A stretch of 63,445 nt of DNA, filler included, from Chiloscyllium plagiosum (lineage: Eukaryota), in NCBI RefSeq assembly GCF_004010195.1. It is 3 parts of one record of this genome, joined end to end, with 100 filler letters (N's around TTAATTAATTAA, not from the genome) between each part and the next. Parts side by side here need not be neighbours in the genome. Positions count along the whole stretch, not along the records: positions 30,139 to 48,390 come from NC_057710.1; positions 48,491 to 63,445 come from NC_057710.1; 1 more part is not named here. One strand, 5' to 3'. Position numbers and translations under genes: made by a program. The notes beneath the pieces are model-generated. The model saw only the letters and a program-made list of their open reading frames with translations. It made no database searches and was not told where the DNA came from. Within the stretch, counting starts at the first letter, position 1. Every line of letters starts with the position of its first letter. This document shows, one piece after another, positions 38,816 through 51,180 of this stretch.

Positions 38816-39228
38816 GTGAAATGTTTGGTCTTTAAGAAAACCAAGGGATCTGGGGTATGGTTGGGAAAGTGGAGACAAAGCTGACGATCAGTCATCGTTA
38901 TATTGAATGGTGAAGCAAGTCTATTTCCATTCATTTTTTTAAAGGCAATCTAAGTTAAGACTGACAAGCACAGAAAGATACTTGTCAGCCCATCAGATGT
39001 GGGTTCTTTGCAGAAATAATGAAAAGTCAATTCCACTGCCCTGGTCTCTGGCACTGTCTCTGTATCTTCAACTGTTTCATATATGTATCAACTTTCCATT
39101 AAATAACCTGTGCAACATGGCACGCATGGTTTATGCAAGAAATTTCTCCCAACTTCACATTCTGTAACAATTTTAAATTGATGAACTACCCAATGAAGCC
39201 ATAATAAATAGCCTTTTCAATTCTTCAG

Positions 39229-39267
39229 ATGATATAATTGCAAATCGAAGGAACCGGTGGATGGACA
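39229..39267 (+). other. Candidate 39-nt symmetric exon
   Basis: ttttcaattcttcag acceptor and gtaagt donor; only the phase-1 frame is open (DIIANRRNRWMD). Confidence 0.5.
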
Positions 39268-39620
39268 GTAAGTACATACAGGACCAAGTCACTTGGGCTT
39301 TCAGACTCAGGTTGAAGGTCAATCCTTTTAATTTGAGGTCTTGCTGGAGACTTTTTAATTTTTTACTTACATCCTTAAGTCAATCCAACTTCAGTGACCT
39401 GGCCAAATATTCTATTCTTTGACACTTTTAAGAAGTCTCAATCATGACCCTCTCTCAGATCATTTCTTAAATTAACACAAGTTCAGTCCCAAGCATTGAA
39501 ACTGAATTTGTCTTTTGTTTTGCTGTGAAATACACATTAAGAAAACATGATTAAAATGACAATGAGAAACCAGGCTTTATATCTGAAGTGAGGCTTTCTG
39601 GTCTGAATTCATCCCTGCCC

Positions 39621-40130
39621 AGAGTCGTAGAGTTGTAGAGCACAAAAACAGACCCTTCGGTCCAACTTGTCCATACCGATCAGATAACCTAAATTAATCT
39701 ATTTTGCCAGCATTTGGCCCATATCCCTCCAAACTCTTCCTATCCATATACCCATCCAGATGCCTTTTAAATGCTGTAATTGTACCAGCTCCATGACTTT
39801 GTCTGGCAGCTCATTCCACACACGCACCACCCTCTGTGTGAAAAAGTTGCCCCTTAGGTCCGTTTTAAATCCGTCCTTTCTCACCTTAAACCTATGCCCT
39901 CTAGTTTTGGACTCCCCGACCCCAGGGAAAAGACCTTGTCTATTTATCCTAACCATGCCCCTCATGATTTTATAAACCTCTATAAGGTCACCCCTCAGCC
40001 TCCGACACTCCAGGGAATACAGCCCCAGCCTGTTCAGCCTCTCCCTGTAGCTCAGATCCTCCAACCCTGGCAACATCCTTGTAAATCTTTTCTGAACCCT
40101 TTCATGTTTCATAACATCCTTCCAATAGAA
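39621..40130 (-). mobile_element. HER1/CR1 3' end
   Basis: ORF 39699-40220 with RFTRMLPGL..RGDLIEVYKIMRG..FFTQRVV. Confidence 0.92.
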
Positions 40131-41277
40131 GAAAATATCAGTACTGAACGACTCTTTGGGACCCTGACTGAGCTGAGTGTAATCTTTATATCCATGTGAT
40201 TGTTTCCCCCTCTGGGACAATCTGGATCAGGGTGCACAATCTTAGAGTTCGGTGTTACCCATTTAAGGCAAAGATGAGGAGGATTTTTTTTCTCTCTAAG
40301 AGGGTAGTGAATATGTGCAACTCTTTACTGCAGGGGACTGTTGTGGCCATTAAGTATATTCAAGGCTGAGATAGGCAGAGTTTTAATCAATAAGGGGATC
40401 AAAGGTTATGGGAAAATGACCAGAAGTGGCGTTGAGTATTAACATATTATCTATGATCTCACTGAATGGCAGAACAGACTAGCTGAGTGTTTTACATTTG
40501 CTCCACGTCTAATGATCCAACACAGACAGATTAAACTTCAACATTAATACACGCACAAACTAGTTCATTTTTTGTTTTAGCATTCTAGACTACTGTGGCA
40601 TTTCCAAGGCAATTTCTGATAACATTTCTCTGGCTTGCATCCAAGATTTTTCTTGCATTCTACCAGATATTTTGTTTCCCCAGTTTGTCCCCAGGATTCC
40701 AATCTTTTAGATTTTATCTATTAGTGTTATTCTCTGTGCCTCTACCTTAATAAAAATGTCAAAGGAAACTGCTTCCATCACCTTTTCAAAAAGAACATTC
40801 CAAAGACTCTCAGTCCTCTGAGAAAGAGAAATGGGCAACACCTAGTTTTGAAACATTCACCCTGAGTTCTTGACTTTCCCATAAGGAGAAACATCCTCTC
40901 CACGTTTAAACCCCTCAAAATCTTATACATGAAATCAAGTCACCTCTTCTTTTTAAAGTTAAAAAGTCGAACAAAGAAGCAGATATAAGTTTGAAGATTT
41001 CAGGGATAAGGTTCCAGAGAACACCAGAAGAGAGAATATTCTTACATTACAGAGAACAAAAGGAAATAAGTGCAGAAAGCAGAAGAGAATAAAATTCAAT
41101 TCCGCAAACATTCAACTGGACAAAACTGGGCAGGCAACCAGCTGAAACCATTCTTTCAAAATAATATTTAAAATTTAACGTGCCATTGGGAGTCAGCTCC
41201 AAACTGGACAAAGTAAAGCAAATCTAAATTGTAACAAAGCAAAAACCTTCTGAGGCAGAATATTCCCAATTCCTTCA

Positions 41278-41593
41278 GGGCGGCACGGTGGCACAGTGGT
41301 TAGCACTGCTGCCTCACAGCGCCTGAGACCCGGGTTCAATTCCCGCCTCAGGCGACTGACTGTGTGGAGTTTGCACGTTCTCCCCGTGTCTGCGTGGGTT
41401 TCCTCCGGGTGCTCCGGTTTCCTCCCACAGTCCAAAGATGTGCAGGTCAGGTGAATTGGCCATGCTAAATTCCCCATAGTGTTAGGTAAGGGGTAAATGT
41501 AGGGGTATGGGTGGGTTACGCTTCGCCGGGTCAGTGTGGACTTGTTGGGCCGAAGGGCTTGTTTCCACACTGTAATGTAATCTAATCTAATCT
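41278..41593 (+). mobile_element. HE1 V-SINE, young, full length
   Basis: CpG-intact consensus; (TAATC)n tail. Confidence 0.95.
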
Positions 41594-41597
41594 TAAG

Positions 41598-41722
41598 AAT
41601 ATGCGCCACAACAAGAAATTTGAGAAACTCAGATGAGATAACCAACGAGTACCATCCTGACATCGAGAGCAAAATGTCCAACCAAGTACTGGATGATGAG
41701 ATGAGATTCTTGCTAGCGAGGG
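41598..41722 (+). other. Candidate exon immediately after the SINE tail
   Basis: AG at 41596-41597; G/gtaaga donor; open frame NLRNSDEITNEYHPDIESKMSNQVLDDEMRFLLAR. Confidence 0.35.
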
Positions 41723-42412
41723 GTAAGATTCCTATTAACATGAATTCATTATCACCCTCGTTATTATTTCATCTCATCCCATTCTCCCATTCACAAGATT
41801 GAAAGAAGATGCTGAGAACTCCCAATATGGAAGTCAGAGCAGATACTCAGTGACTCCAGCTTCACACATACTGCTCTGAATCTCCACTTGGATACCCCAC
41901 ACCAACGTCCCAGTGCATGCTCCATGGGCAGTGGCTGCATGTACCTCATGCCCATAGACATTGGCATCAGACATGTATCAGGCACAGTTATAATGGTACA
42001 ACTCTGATGCATGTATGTACGACTGCACTTTGGAGCACACCTACGCCTCTCATTGTATTGCTGTTGCCAGGAATGGACCCTAAGCTCCTACACTGGAGCA
42101 GGCTGCATCTTAGTGCTGCTTGCTCACTTGCTCTTTTAGTGCTCACTCATTTTCTGCCCACTTGAATGCTCACAGCATTCCTGACTTGTCCCACTCAGTC
42201 AGAGCTTAAAGGCTCATAGTACTGTTGGCTTGTCTTTTAGCTCAGACTCAAAACCAGGCAGCTTGCCAGCAGTGATCAGTCAAGAGAGTGGACATATTGC
42301 TGTATGGTACCTTCATACATCAATCTCACATCTCCACGAGGTGCCAGCTGTGTATATGCCAAACACACAGCATGTGCATCAACTGAGTGGCCATGTCTCA
42401 GAGTCTAAGAAG

Positions 42413-42737
42413 AATCATAGAATCCCGACATTGTAGAAACAGGCCCTTCAGCCCAACAAGTCCACACTGACCCTCTGAAGAGTAACCCCCCAAACCCATT
42501 CCCCTACCCTATTATCCTATATTTACCCGTGACTAATGCACCTAACCTACACATCTATGGGAAATTTAGCAAGGCCAATTCATCTAACCAGCACATCTTT
42601 GGATTGTGGGAGGAAACCGGAGCACCCAGACGAAATCCACACAAATATGCAAACTCCACTCAGACAGTTGCTCGACGCTGGAATTGAACCCGGGTCCCTG
42701 GTGTTATGATACAACACTGCTAACTACTGAGCCACTG
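42413..42737 (-). mobile_element. HE1 SINE (older subfamily)
   Basis: atcatagaatcc tail; tgtgggaggaaaccggagcaccc. Confidence 0.88.
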
Positions 42738-42879
42738 GCCACCTGTCAAATGCAGGGAGATTCCCCTTAGGCAGGGGGTCCCAGTACAGCAAGTCAAGCA
42801 CAGTATCTGTTACCAGTCTAAGGGCTTGAGCAAGGTGAATCTGTTGCTCATTGCAGTCAGGATAGACTCTATGACTCTA

Positions 42880-43435
42880 TGACTGAGGAACTAAATGTCA
42901 GGCATTCCAACACACATCCACGTTCTTTCAGTTCTGTTGTGGGCTGTTTTCTCCTGGAATGAGAAAAAGGGAAGGATTAAGTGAGATGGAAGCGGCTGAC
43001 ACAGCTGTAAATACAGGGTGGCAGTGGATGTCGGGGAAAGGTCATGAAGTGTCCTGTGAGTGAGTAGGTGGCACAGAGGTTATTCAGGGTTAGTGGTGGG
43101 TGTGGGTGTGGATGTGTGTGTGGTGGGGGAGGGGGGTTGGTTCGGGGGAGGGATTGAGATAAAATGAGGGAAGATGTTGTTGTAACATAGAGAATAGTGC
43201 AGAATGAGCCTTGGTGGGACCTGGGTGCAGTAGCAGAGATATAGTGAGTATGAGATAGCAGAGAGAAAATGGACTGGAAGTTCCTCTGGACAGCTGAGAC
43301 TGCATTGACCCAGGCAGCGACCTCAGACCAGACCGAAATGGTCTGGTAATGTGGTCTCCTCTGTTAGTTCTGGGGGAAGTGGATATCCCTCTTCTGCACC
43401 ATCCCATCTTCCAGGTCCCTGGTCACAAAGTGGGT
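42880..43435 (-). pseudogene. Harbinger-type Myb/SANT DNA-binding gene remnant (two exons)
   Basis: Manual translation HFVTRDLEDGMVQKRDIHFPQN*QRRPHYQTISVWSEVAAWVNAVSAVQRNFQ; after a ttccag acceptor, EKTAHNRTERTWMCVGMPDI. Confidence 0.68.
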
Positions 43436-44316
43436 CACTGATTTCCTCTTGTTTAAGGCATATGTCATGAACTCTACCAAGTAGCTTTAGAACATTAACC
43501 GTAACACTAAAAGGGTACAATGAAAGCATATAAGAAAAGATAAAACACAATACAGCCACAACTGAAAGCATGTGGATCCCATAACAAGATTACTGAAAAC
43601 ATCCTGTTAATTAATAGTGTCTATAAAAGACTAAAGAGCATCTGGATGGATACCAAATCCTCATCATGTGCTGGGAGGTGGATGGTTTATCTGAATTCAA
43701 ATGTTTTAAACAAATTATGCAGATTTGCATCATAGACCAAGTAGCTGCAAAACTGGTTAAACAAGACATGAACATTCTAATATAGTCGATAACAAGAGGT
43801 TACACAAAGTCAATACCTTGTGACGATCTGAACACTAGGCCTGCTAAGAAATGGAAGCTGAGAGTATTAATGAGTCAATTTTAGAAATTTGTCACTTAGA
43901 ATCGATATCCTACAGGTAAGAGCATTAGCAATTGACACATCAGTTTGTCTGTGGATCTTGTATGATGAATGTGAGTTTTCTTAGAAATTGGACTGTTGGA
44001 CTGGGTAATGAAATTGGTGATTGTCTCAAAGTTTAATCTCAGACCAGCTAAGGTCATCATGAAGTTGAGGTCACCTTCTCAACCTCTCTTGTCTGAGACA
44101 TGGTGACCCTCAGGTTAAACTCACACAAGCCACCTCTCTCTGCAATGAGGAAGCTGCCCTATGATTTGCTCAGACTATGGCAACTTTATCTTTGCTGAAA
44201 TGTTCCAAAAAGACCTTTGGTAAAATACACAGGTAACAGTATTGATTCATCATTGACTGCTAAAAGATAGCAAAACACATGAAGCCAGTATGGCCGGACA
44301 ATGGCAATCTGCATGA

Positions 44317-44537
44317 GAACCAAGAGAACAGCAGATGCTGCAAATCAGAATCAAAAACAGAAGCTGCTGGAAGTGCTCAGCAGGTCTGGCAGTATCTGTG
44401 CAGAGAAATCAGAGTTAAGGTTTTGGGTCTCAGAACCATTCCGAGGAAGGGTTACTGCACCCGAAATGTTAAATCTAATTTATCTTCACAGATGCTGCCA
44501 GACCTGTTGAGCTATTCCAGCAATGTCTGTTTTTGAT
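44317..44537. mobile_element. Palindromic PLE terminal-repeat insertion (family 2), 13-bp TSD
   Basis: TSD gcaatctgcatga at 44304-44316 and 44538-44550; decayed core ccgaggaagggttactgcacccgaaa. Confidence 0.85.
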
Positions 44538-45242
44538 GCAATCTGCATGAATTAGGTGCAGCTAACAATATTGACATTGTAACTAGGAGACAAAAAGCAA
44601 ACAAGCTTGTGACAAATGCAGTCTAATGCGCCCACTGCAAATCAGTCCTATGTAAGGGCATGTGGTACAAAAGGACACTGTAACATCAGTGCAATAATTC
44701 TGCAAAAAGACACAGCCAGAGCCTGCAGCAAGGAACAATGAAAGAGAAGACCAGTGCAGCTGTACAGTAATAACTGCATAAATATGAACTAATATGCAAA
44801 GTTCACAGCAAGACAGAACAAATTAAGAACAGGAAAAATTTACAATCAGCAGATGAAGATGCTTTTCACGTTCCAAATGTGACACATTGTACCAATGAAG
44901 GTAGGCACTCAGAAGCTATTGCTGCAATCAACATAATTTCCCAAGTTTGTGGATGCCACAAAAATAGGTGGGAGGGCAAATGATGATAATGACACAAAAG
45001 TATGCAAAGGGATAGAGAAAGGTTAAGTAAGTAGGCAAAAAGTTGGCAGATGGAATATAATGTGTGGTTCTGCACTTTGACAGGAAGAATATAAGAGCTG
45101 ACTATTTAAATGGAGACTTTAGAAAGCTGCAGCGCTGAGGAATTTGTTGTACATGCCATCCAGACTATAAACACTGCTGTACCTGTTGTTCAGGGAGAGA
45201 CGGCATTGTCAAATCCCACTGTTAGGGTCAGAATCACGCTGT

Positions 45243-45439
45243 GGAGAAAGTGAGGTCTGCAGATGCTGGAGATCAAAGTTGAAACTTTATTGCTGGAACA
45301 GCACAGCAGGTCAGGCAGCATCCAGGGAACAGGAGATTCGACGTTTCGCCTGAAGAAGGGCCTGTGCCCGAAACGTCGAATCTCCTGTTCCCTGGATGCT
45401 GCCTGACCTGCTGTGCTGTTCCAGCAATAAAGTTTCAAC
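45243..45439. mobile_element. Palindromic PLE hammerhead insertion in the ERV-A 5' LTR, 15-bp TSD
   Basis: TSD tcagaatcacgctgt at 45228-45242 and 45440-45454; site empty in the 3' LTR; CTGAAGAAGGGCCTGTGCCCGAAACGTC on +. Confidence 0.93.
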
Positions 45440-45534
45440 TCAGAATCACGCTGTCCCTCCCCAAAGTTTTTGATTTAATAAATTTGACTGACTTGCTTCT
45501 ACATTTGAGTTTTATTAATTTTGCTACAACAAAT

Positions 45535-45552
45535 TAGTGCTGTGAGCAGGTT
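45535..45552 (+). other. Primer binding site, tRNA-Ser(CGA)-like
   Basis: TAGTGCTGTGAGCAGGTT vs the recalled vertebrate complement TGGCGCTGTGAGCAGGAT (15/18). Confidence 0.65.
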
Positions 45553-45959
45553 CCTGTTCACGGTCCTGGGTAGGGTGACCACCTCCCAGGAGTCCGGGCA
45601 GGATATCGGACAAAAGCAGATCAAACTACAGAAGCTGTTGATCTTGTAAGAGTGAATGAGAGAGTGTCTGTTGTGTGGCCTCTGAGCTGAGTCATACTCA
45701 GACACCAATGTGATTGTTCCTCCTTGAGATAAAGGCTTAGGTTAAATAAGTGGGATAGGGGGAAATGATCACTCCTTAAAACAGGTACCGTCAGACTCTG
45801 ATAGGAACGATTCCAGGTGTGACGCGGCCGGTGGGAAAACAGGCAGCAGTCGTGGTTGGTGGGTAAATGTGATCAACCGACAGAGGATCTGTAAGTATAA
45901 ACCTATCTATGTTTTGGCAGGACAGGGAGATCAATAGAGACCTCTAGGGTCTCTCATTA

Positions 45960-47073
45960 ACCAGTATATGATAGACAGACATTCACTCATTAGACAGATG
46001 AGAAAGAGTGGGTGGGATCTGTCCCAGACCCTAGCTCAACAGCGAAATTGGCTCGTGGGTGAAAAGAAAGATAAGAAAATAGGTGTTCTTTTGGTCCATC
46101 ATAGTTCAGACTTTGGAATCCACAAAGAAATGGACCGAGGAAAAACAAATGCTTCAATCCCGACTAAGGGAACTGGAAAAGAAAAGTCAGTTTCTGGAGA
46201 ATAGTCAGTGGGGATCATTGCCATCTTATAATGCCTGGGAGGGCCTGGTCGCAGCCCCCAAAACCATCGGACAACCCTTCCAAGGATCTTACTTGGGCCC
46301 AGTAACTCATAGTGGGGGAGAAGCTAACGCAAATGCAAATTATAAGCCATTTATACCAGGTGAATTGTCGCAGGTTCTAGGTTCTCTGGGTCGCTTACAG
46401 CCCTGCAGTAATAACGCAAAGTTTTGGGCTGAATTAGATACCATCTGGGTGGACAACCAATTACATTTAAGGGATATCCACCAACTAGTCCGGGCTGCAT
46501 GCCCTCCGGGACAAGTGGCGTCTAGTATCTGACATAGCCGATGCTGCACAGCAGTGAAGTCAAGATTATAGGAGAGGCAGATGGACCACCCCTATTAAAG
46601 CAGACATAGAAGATCAGCAGGAGCTCTTCAGCAGATTTAAGGATGAAAGCCAGTGTGTACTGGAGAAACTGTCCACCAACTGGCCAAAAATAACACAAAA
46701 ACCAAACAACAGAAGGGGGAGGGTGCCTCCGAATATGGGGAACAACTCTTTAGGGTCTACTAAGAATGCTCAGGGCTTCCGCAGATGCTCTGACCAGGCA
46801 TTCATTCAGGCTCTCAATGAAGGGCTGTCTCCCGCACACCAGGCTGTCCTAAAAATGGGGGTCGTTGTTCTCCAAGACTATGATGCCCTGGTAGAATGGG
46901 CAACAGGAGGACACAGTAGGAAAGCAGGAAGATCCAGGCGCCGTCACAAAGACAAAATCCAGATCCACGTGTCACGGTTGTGGTAAGACGGGCCAATTTG
47001 TCCAGCACACAACGGGAATCCCACACGTGTCTGTCAGTAATGTGGTAAAAGGGGCCACTCTGCAGACACTTGT
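45960..47073 (+). pseudogene. gag: ERV-A gag (coiled coil, capsid MHR, two zinc knuckles)
   Basis: KQQKGEGASEYGEQL MHR-like; CHGCGKTGQF and CQ*CGKRGHSADTC knuckles; frameshifted. Confidence 0.8.
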
Positions 47074-48390
47074 TTAGATTAGATTACTTACAGTGTGGAA
47101 ACAGGCCCTTCAGCCCAACACCGACCCACTGAAGAGCAACCCACCCCCCTACATCAAATACATACAGGCAATTTAGCATGGCCAATTCACCTAACCTGCA
47201 CATTTTTGGACTGTGGGAGGAAACCGGAGCACCCGGAGGAAACCCACGCAGACACGGGGAGAATGTGCAAACTCCACACAGACAGTTGCCCGAGGCGGGA
47301 ATTGAACCCGGGTCTCTGGCGCTGTGAGGCAGCAGTGCTAACCACTGTGCCACCGTGCCGCGATTTCAACCTTTTCTCACAACATTCTTCCCTTGACAAA
47401 TCTGAGCTCATTCCATACACATACCACCCTCTGCATGAAAAAGTTGCCCTTTAGGTCCCTTTTATATCTTTCCCCTCTCACCCTAAACCTATGCCCTCTA
47501 GTTCTAGACTCCCCGACCCCAGGGAAAAGACTTTGTCTATTTATCCTATCCACGCCCCTCATAATTTTGTAAACCTCTATAAGGTCACCCCTCAGCCTCC
47601 GATGCTCCAGGGGAAACAGCCTCTCCCTGGAGCTCAACCACCAAGTAACATTCTTCTTTCACCATTGCCAGTTTAACAACATCCTTCCACAAGCAACCAG
47701 AATGTTACATATTACTCTGGCATGATTAGCTACAATACAACGTCCCAACCTCCTGGACTCAGTGCGATGAAGGAAAGTGTGCCAAACGCCTTCTTCACTG
47801 CCCTGTCTAGCTGAGAGTCCGCTTTCAAGGAACTGTGTACCCGCACCCCAAGGTCCATCTGTTCGATAATACTTCCCAGGACCTGACCATTAACTGTGTA
47901 AGGCCAATCGTCTGCCTTAGCCCTGTTGTATTCGGAGGTAACCTTCTTCGCTGTCCATTACACATCCAATTTTGGTGTCATCTGCAAACTTACTAACTAT
48001 ACCTTTTGTGCTCGCATCCAAATCATTTAAGTAAATGTTGAAAAGTAGTGGACCTGGCACTAATCCTTGTGGCATTCCACTGGTCACAGGCCTCCAGTCT
48101 GAAAAGCAACCTCCACCACCACCTTCTACCTTCTATCTTCGAGCCAGTTCTATATCTAACGGGCGGCACGGTGGCACAGTGGTTAGCACTGTTGCCTCAC
48201 AGCCCCAGAGACTTGGGTTCAATTCCCGCCTCAGGCGACTGACTGTGTGGAGTTTGCACATTCTCCCCGTGTCTGCGTGGGTTTCCTCCGGGTGCTCCGG
48301 TTTCCTCCCACAATCCAAAAAATGTGCAGGTTAGGCGAATTGGCCATGCTAAATTGCCCGTAGTGTTAGGTGAAGGGGTAAATGTAGGGG
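47074..48390. mobile_element. HE1 SINE (-), HER1 fragments (-) and HE1 SINE (+) occupying the expected pro/RT region
   Basis: SINE 47074-47359; HER1 ~47405-48155; SINE 48161-48390 runs into the gap. Confidence 0.88.
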
Positions 48391-48595
48391 NNNNNNNNNN
48401 NNNNNNNNNNNNNNNNNNNNNNNNNNNNNNNNNNTTAATTAATTAANNNNNNNNNNNNNNNNNNNNNNNNNNNNNNNNNNNNNNNNNNNNAAACGTCGAT
48501 TCTCCTGCTCCTTGGATGCTGCCTGACCTGCTGTGCTTTTCCAGCAATACATTTTTCAGCTCTGATCTCCAGCATCTGCAGTCCTCACTTTCCCC

Positions 48596-49612
48596 ATGTG
48601 CATCCAACATACTCTTATACAATTACACCATGGCATTTCCCACGTGGGGTGTAATGCTATGAGAACCAGCATTTGGAAGGAATGGTGGTGGAAGGGCATG
48701 AGCAGAGATATAGCTCGATTCTGTCACCATTCTGTGACGTGCGCCCAGCACAACCCAGGCAGGCCCATTACAATTAGAATGGGGCACCAAAAGGGGTCCT
48801 GGGAGCATTTACAGATAGAGTTTATGGGACCTCTTCTCAAATCCCACAGGAAGACGTATTGCCTTGTGATTATTGACCAATTCACTAGGTGGGTCCAGGC
48901 CTACCTTACCTGGAACTGCTCAGCTAACACTGTTGCAAGGATTTTAGCTGAGTAGGTGATTCCAAGGTGGGGGGGGGAAACGGGGGTTGCTGTCCCAGAT
49001 CGACTCTGACCAGGGGACCCATTTTACTGGAAGATTTATAAAAACCATATGTCAGCTGATGGGCATTAAACAGAAATCTCACAAACTCTACCATTCACAA
49101 AGTTCTGGCATGGTGGAGCAAATGAACAGAACTCTTAAACCCGCCCTTGCTAAGGCCACGCAGACCTCTGACAAAAGTTGGACTGAGGTCCTACCTGCTA
49201 TACCCATGCAACTCCGCTTCACCACAACCCGGTCAATTGGTCGACCCCTTATGAGTTGATGTCAGGTAGGGCAATGCAACTGCCCGAGACCATCACCATG
49301 TTGGCATTCTCCGTGATAGACTACGTCGCTATGTGCTTGAACTGAGCGCCTATCTGAAGGAGATGCAGAAAACAGTCAGGGAGAAACGGTGGGGGGGGGG
49401 GGGGGGGCGGGATGAACAGAAACAATTAGAGGATTGTCTGGAGGTCAATCAGCGAATGGTAAGGTTATGGTTAAGACTCCACCCGCTAAACCTGGCTTCT
49501 CCCCTAAGTGGAATGGTCCCTATTAGGTTATCATTAGCGGTGGCAAATGTGCCTGTATTGACACATAAGGGAAGGGGGTCTGGAAATACTGGTCACAACT
49601 GAAGAAATATAC
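48596..49612 (+). pseudogene. pol: ERV-A integrase
   Basis: HHCC-like HGISH..CHHSVTC; WEHLQIEF; IDSDQGTHF; SSGMVEQMNRTLK; PKWNGPY; stops and frameshifts. Confidence 0.92.
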
Positions 49613-49779
49613 AGACACTGGTTTGTATATTTGTATATAATCCTCACCCTCTGCTTTCTTTTCAGACTGGCTCCTCACGCAGCCTACTGATGTCATTTGT
49701 GTGTGAACAGTTGTTGTAAACGGACCAAGAGCGTGGGCTGTTGAGCGCGGGCGATATAGTCTTTGGACTATTTTAAAAC

Positions 49780-51180
49780 TCTGGGATATTTCTGTGTATT
49801 TTTGCCTTTGCTTTTTGTCTAGTTGCCACTGTGGGGGGGGGGGGGGGAGCAGCAAAGGAATTGTGCCTACTTCGGTTCACTGGAGTAGGCACAGGTTACA
49901 AGTTAATACTTACCTATACATGTCCTATATGCACGCGCAGCAAAATAATATCTCTAAATGGTGGGTCTGTGCTCGAAATCCCTGCACACTCTAGTGGGGG
50001 GATTCCCCTGAGACCCATTCCATTTAATAAATCAGAAATGGTGGAATGGTGGTTGGACCAGGACCTATCCTCACAATTATCCATTGGGGGGTGATGGGGT
50101 AGGTCTGACAGAGAATCTCACGAATCATTCATGCGAGGCCCTGACCAGACCATTTATGTTGCCAATAATAAGGTTACCTGGAAGACCGCAGATTATAATA
50201 TACAAAACTATAAAAGTTGGGGTTCCAGTCTCACAACAATGTTTCGCATACACCCCTGGCTCTGTTCCTCACGAACATCACAGGTGAAGGGACGCCCACG
50301 GGGATTATTTGTTATAAATGTCAGGGTCGAATGCCGGAACCAGCAAATGTTCCCATTCCCTGCTCCTTACCCCGTCTGGACACTGATCGTTTCTGTCTGG
50401 AAGTATTCTGAGCCTTAACGTTGTCAACGTGACTACAGATAAAATGTTTAAAACCATTTGGACTGCAATTCAGACTGATTACCCGAGGATTTACAATGGG
50501 ACTTATTTTGTCTGTGGTCTCAAGGCTTTGCCTATATGGTGCCTTTTGTTTTCCATTACAGTTCCCTCTGCCTTTATCCCAACCTACATCTACTTCAATC
50601 CAAATGGTCCATCACTGAGATTGTGCGATTCTTTATGATCGCCTTCCATGCCTATGGGATTACTAAGGCTGCTAGGGAACTGATCAATATGGCCTCAACC
50701 TTGGAAAGGCTGGCCAATGAGACTGCAGCTGTTAGCACAGCCATCTCCGAGGTGTCGGCTGAGGTCATGGCCACTCGTACTGTCGAGTTGCAGAACCATT
50801 TGGCCCTTGACTATTTCTTAGCGGCACAAGGTGGCACCTGTGCTGTTATTGGCCCCGAGTGCTGCACGTACATTCTGGATGCCTCGGACAACATAACTAA
50901 TCGAGCGGGTCACATCCGCTTGGAGGCTGATAAGATCCAGCAGGAAGGGAAACAGGTCCATGATTATAATCCCCTGGGGTGGCTAAGATGGCTACAAGGC
51001 GGATATTGAGGTTCATACTTTTTGCATGCCTTCATCATGTTCAGTGTTATTGTCATCGCTTGTTGTGTTCTTATGGCTGCCCTTAACTCATGTTTTAAAG
51101 TTTTGACAGCGAGAATTATGCCGAGTGCTAGCCTCCACTTTGAGTCACCTGGGGGTCACCCCCCTTTCTGGCCCCACTGA
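49780..51180 (+). pseudogene. env: ERV-A env with gamma-type TM
   Basis: ISD LQNHLALDYFLAAQGG and CX6CC (CAVIGPECC); hydrophobic anchor after a stop at 51007-51009. Confidence 0.92.

Noticed and set aside
41278..41350. tRNA genes at SINE heads
   Set aside because: A/B boxes continue into the V-domain and LINE-like tail; these are SINEs.
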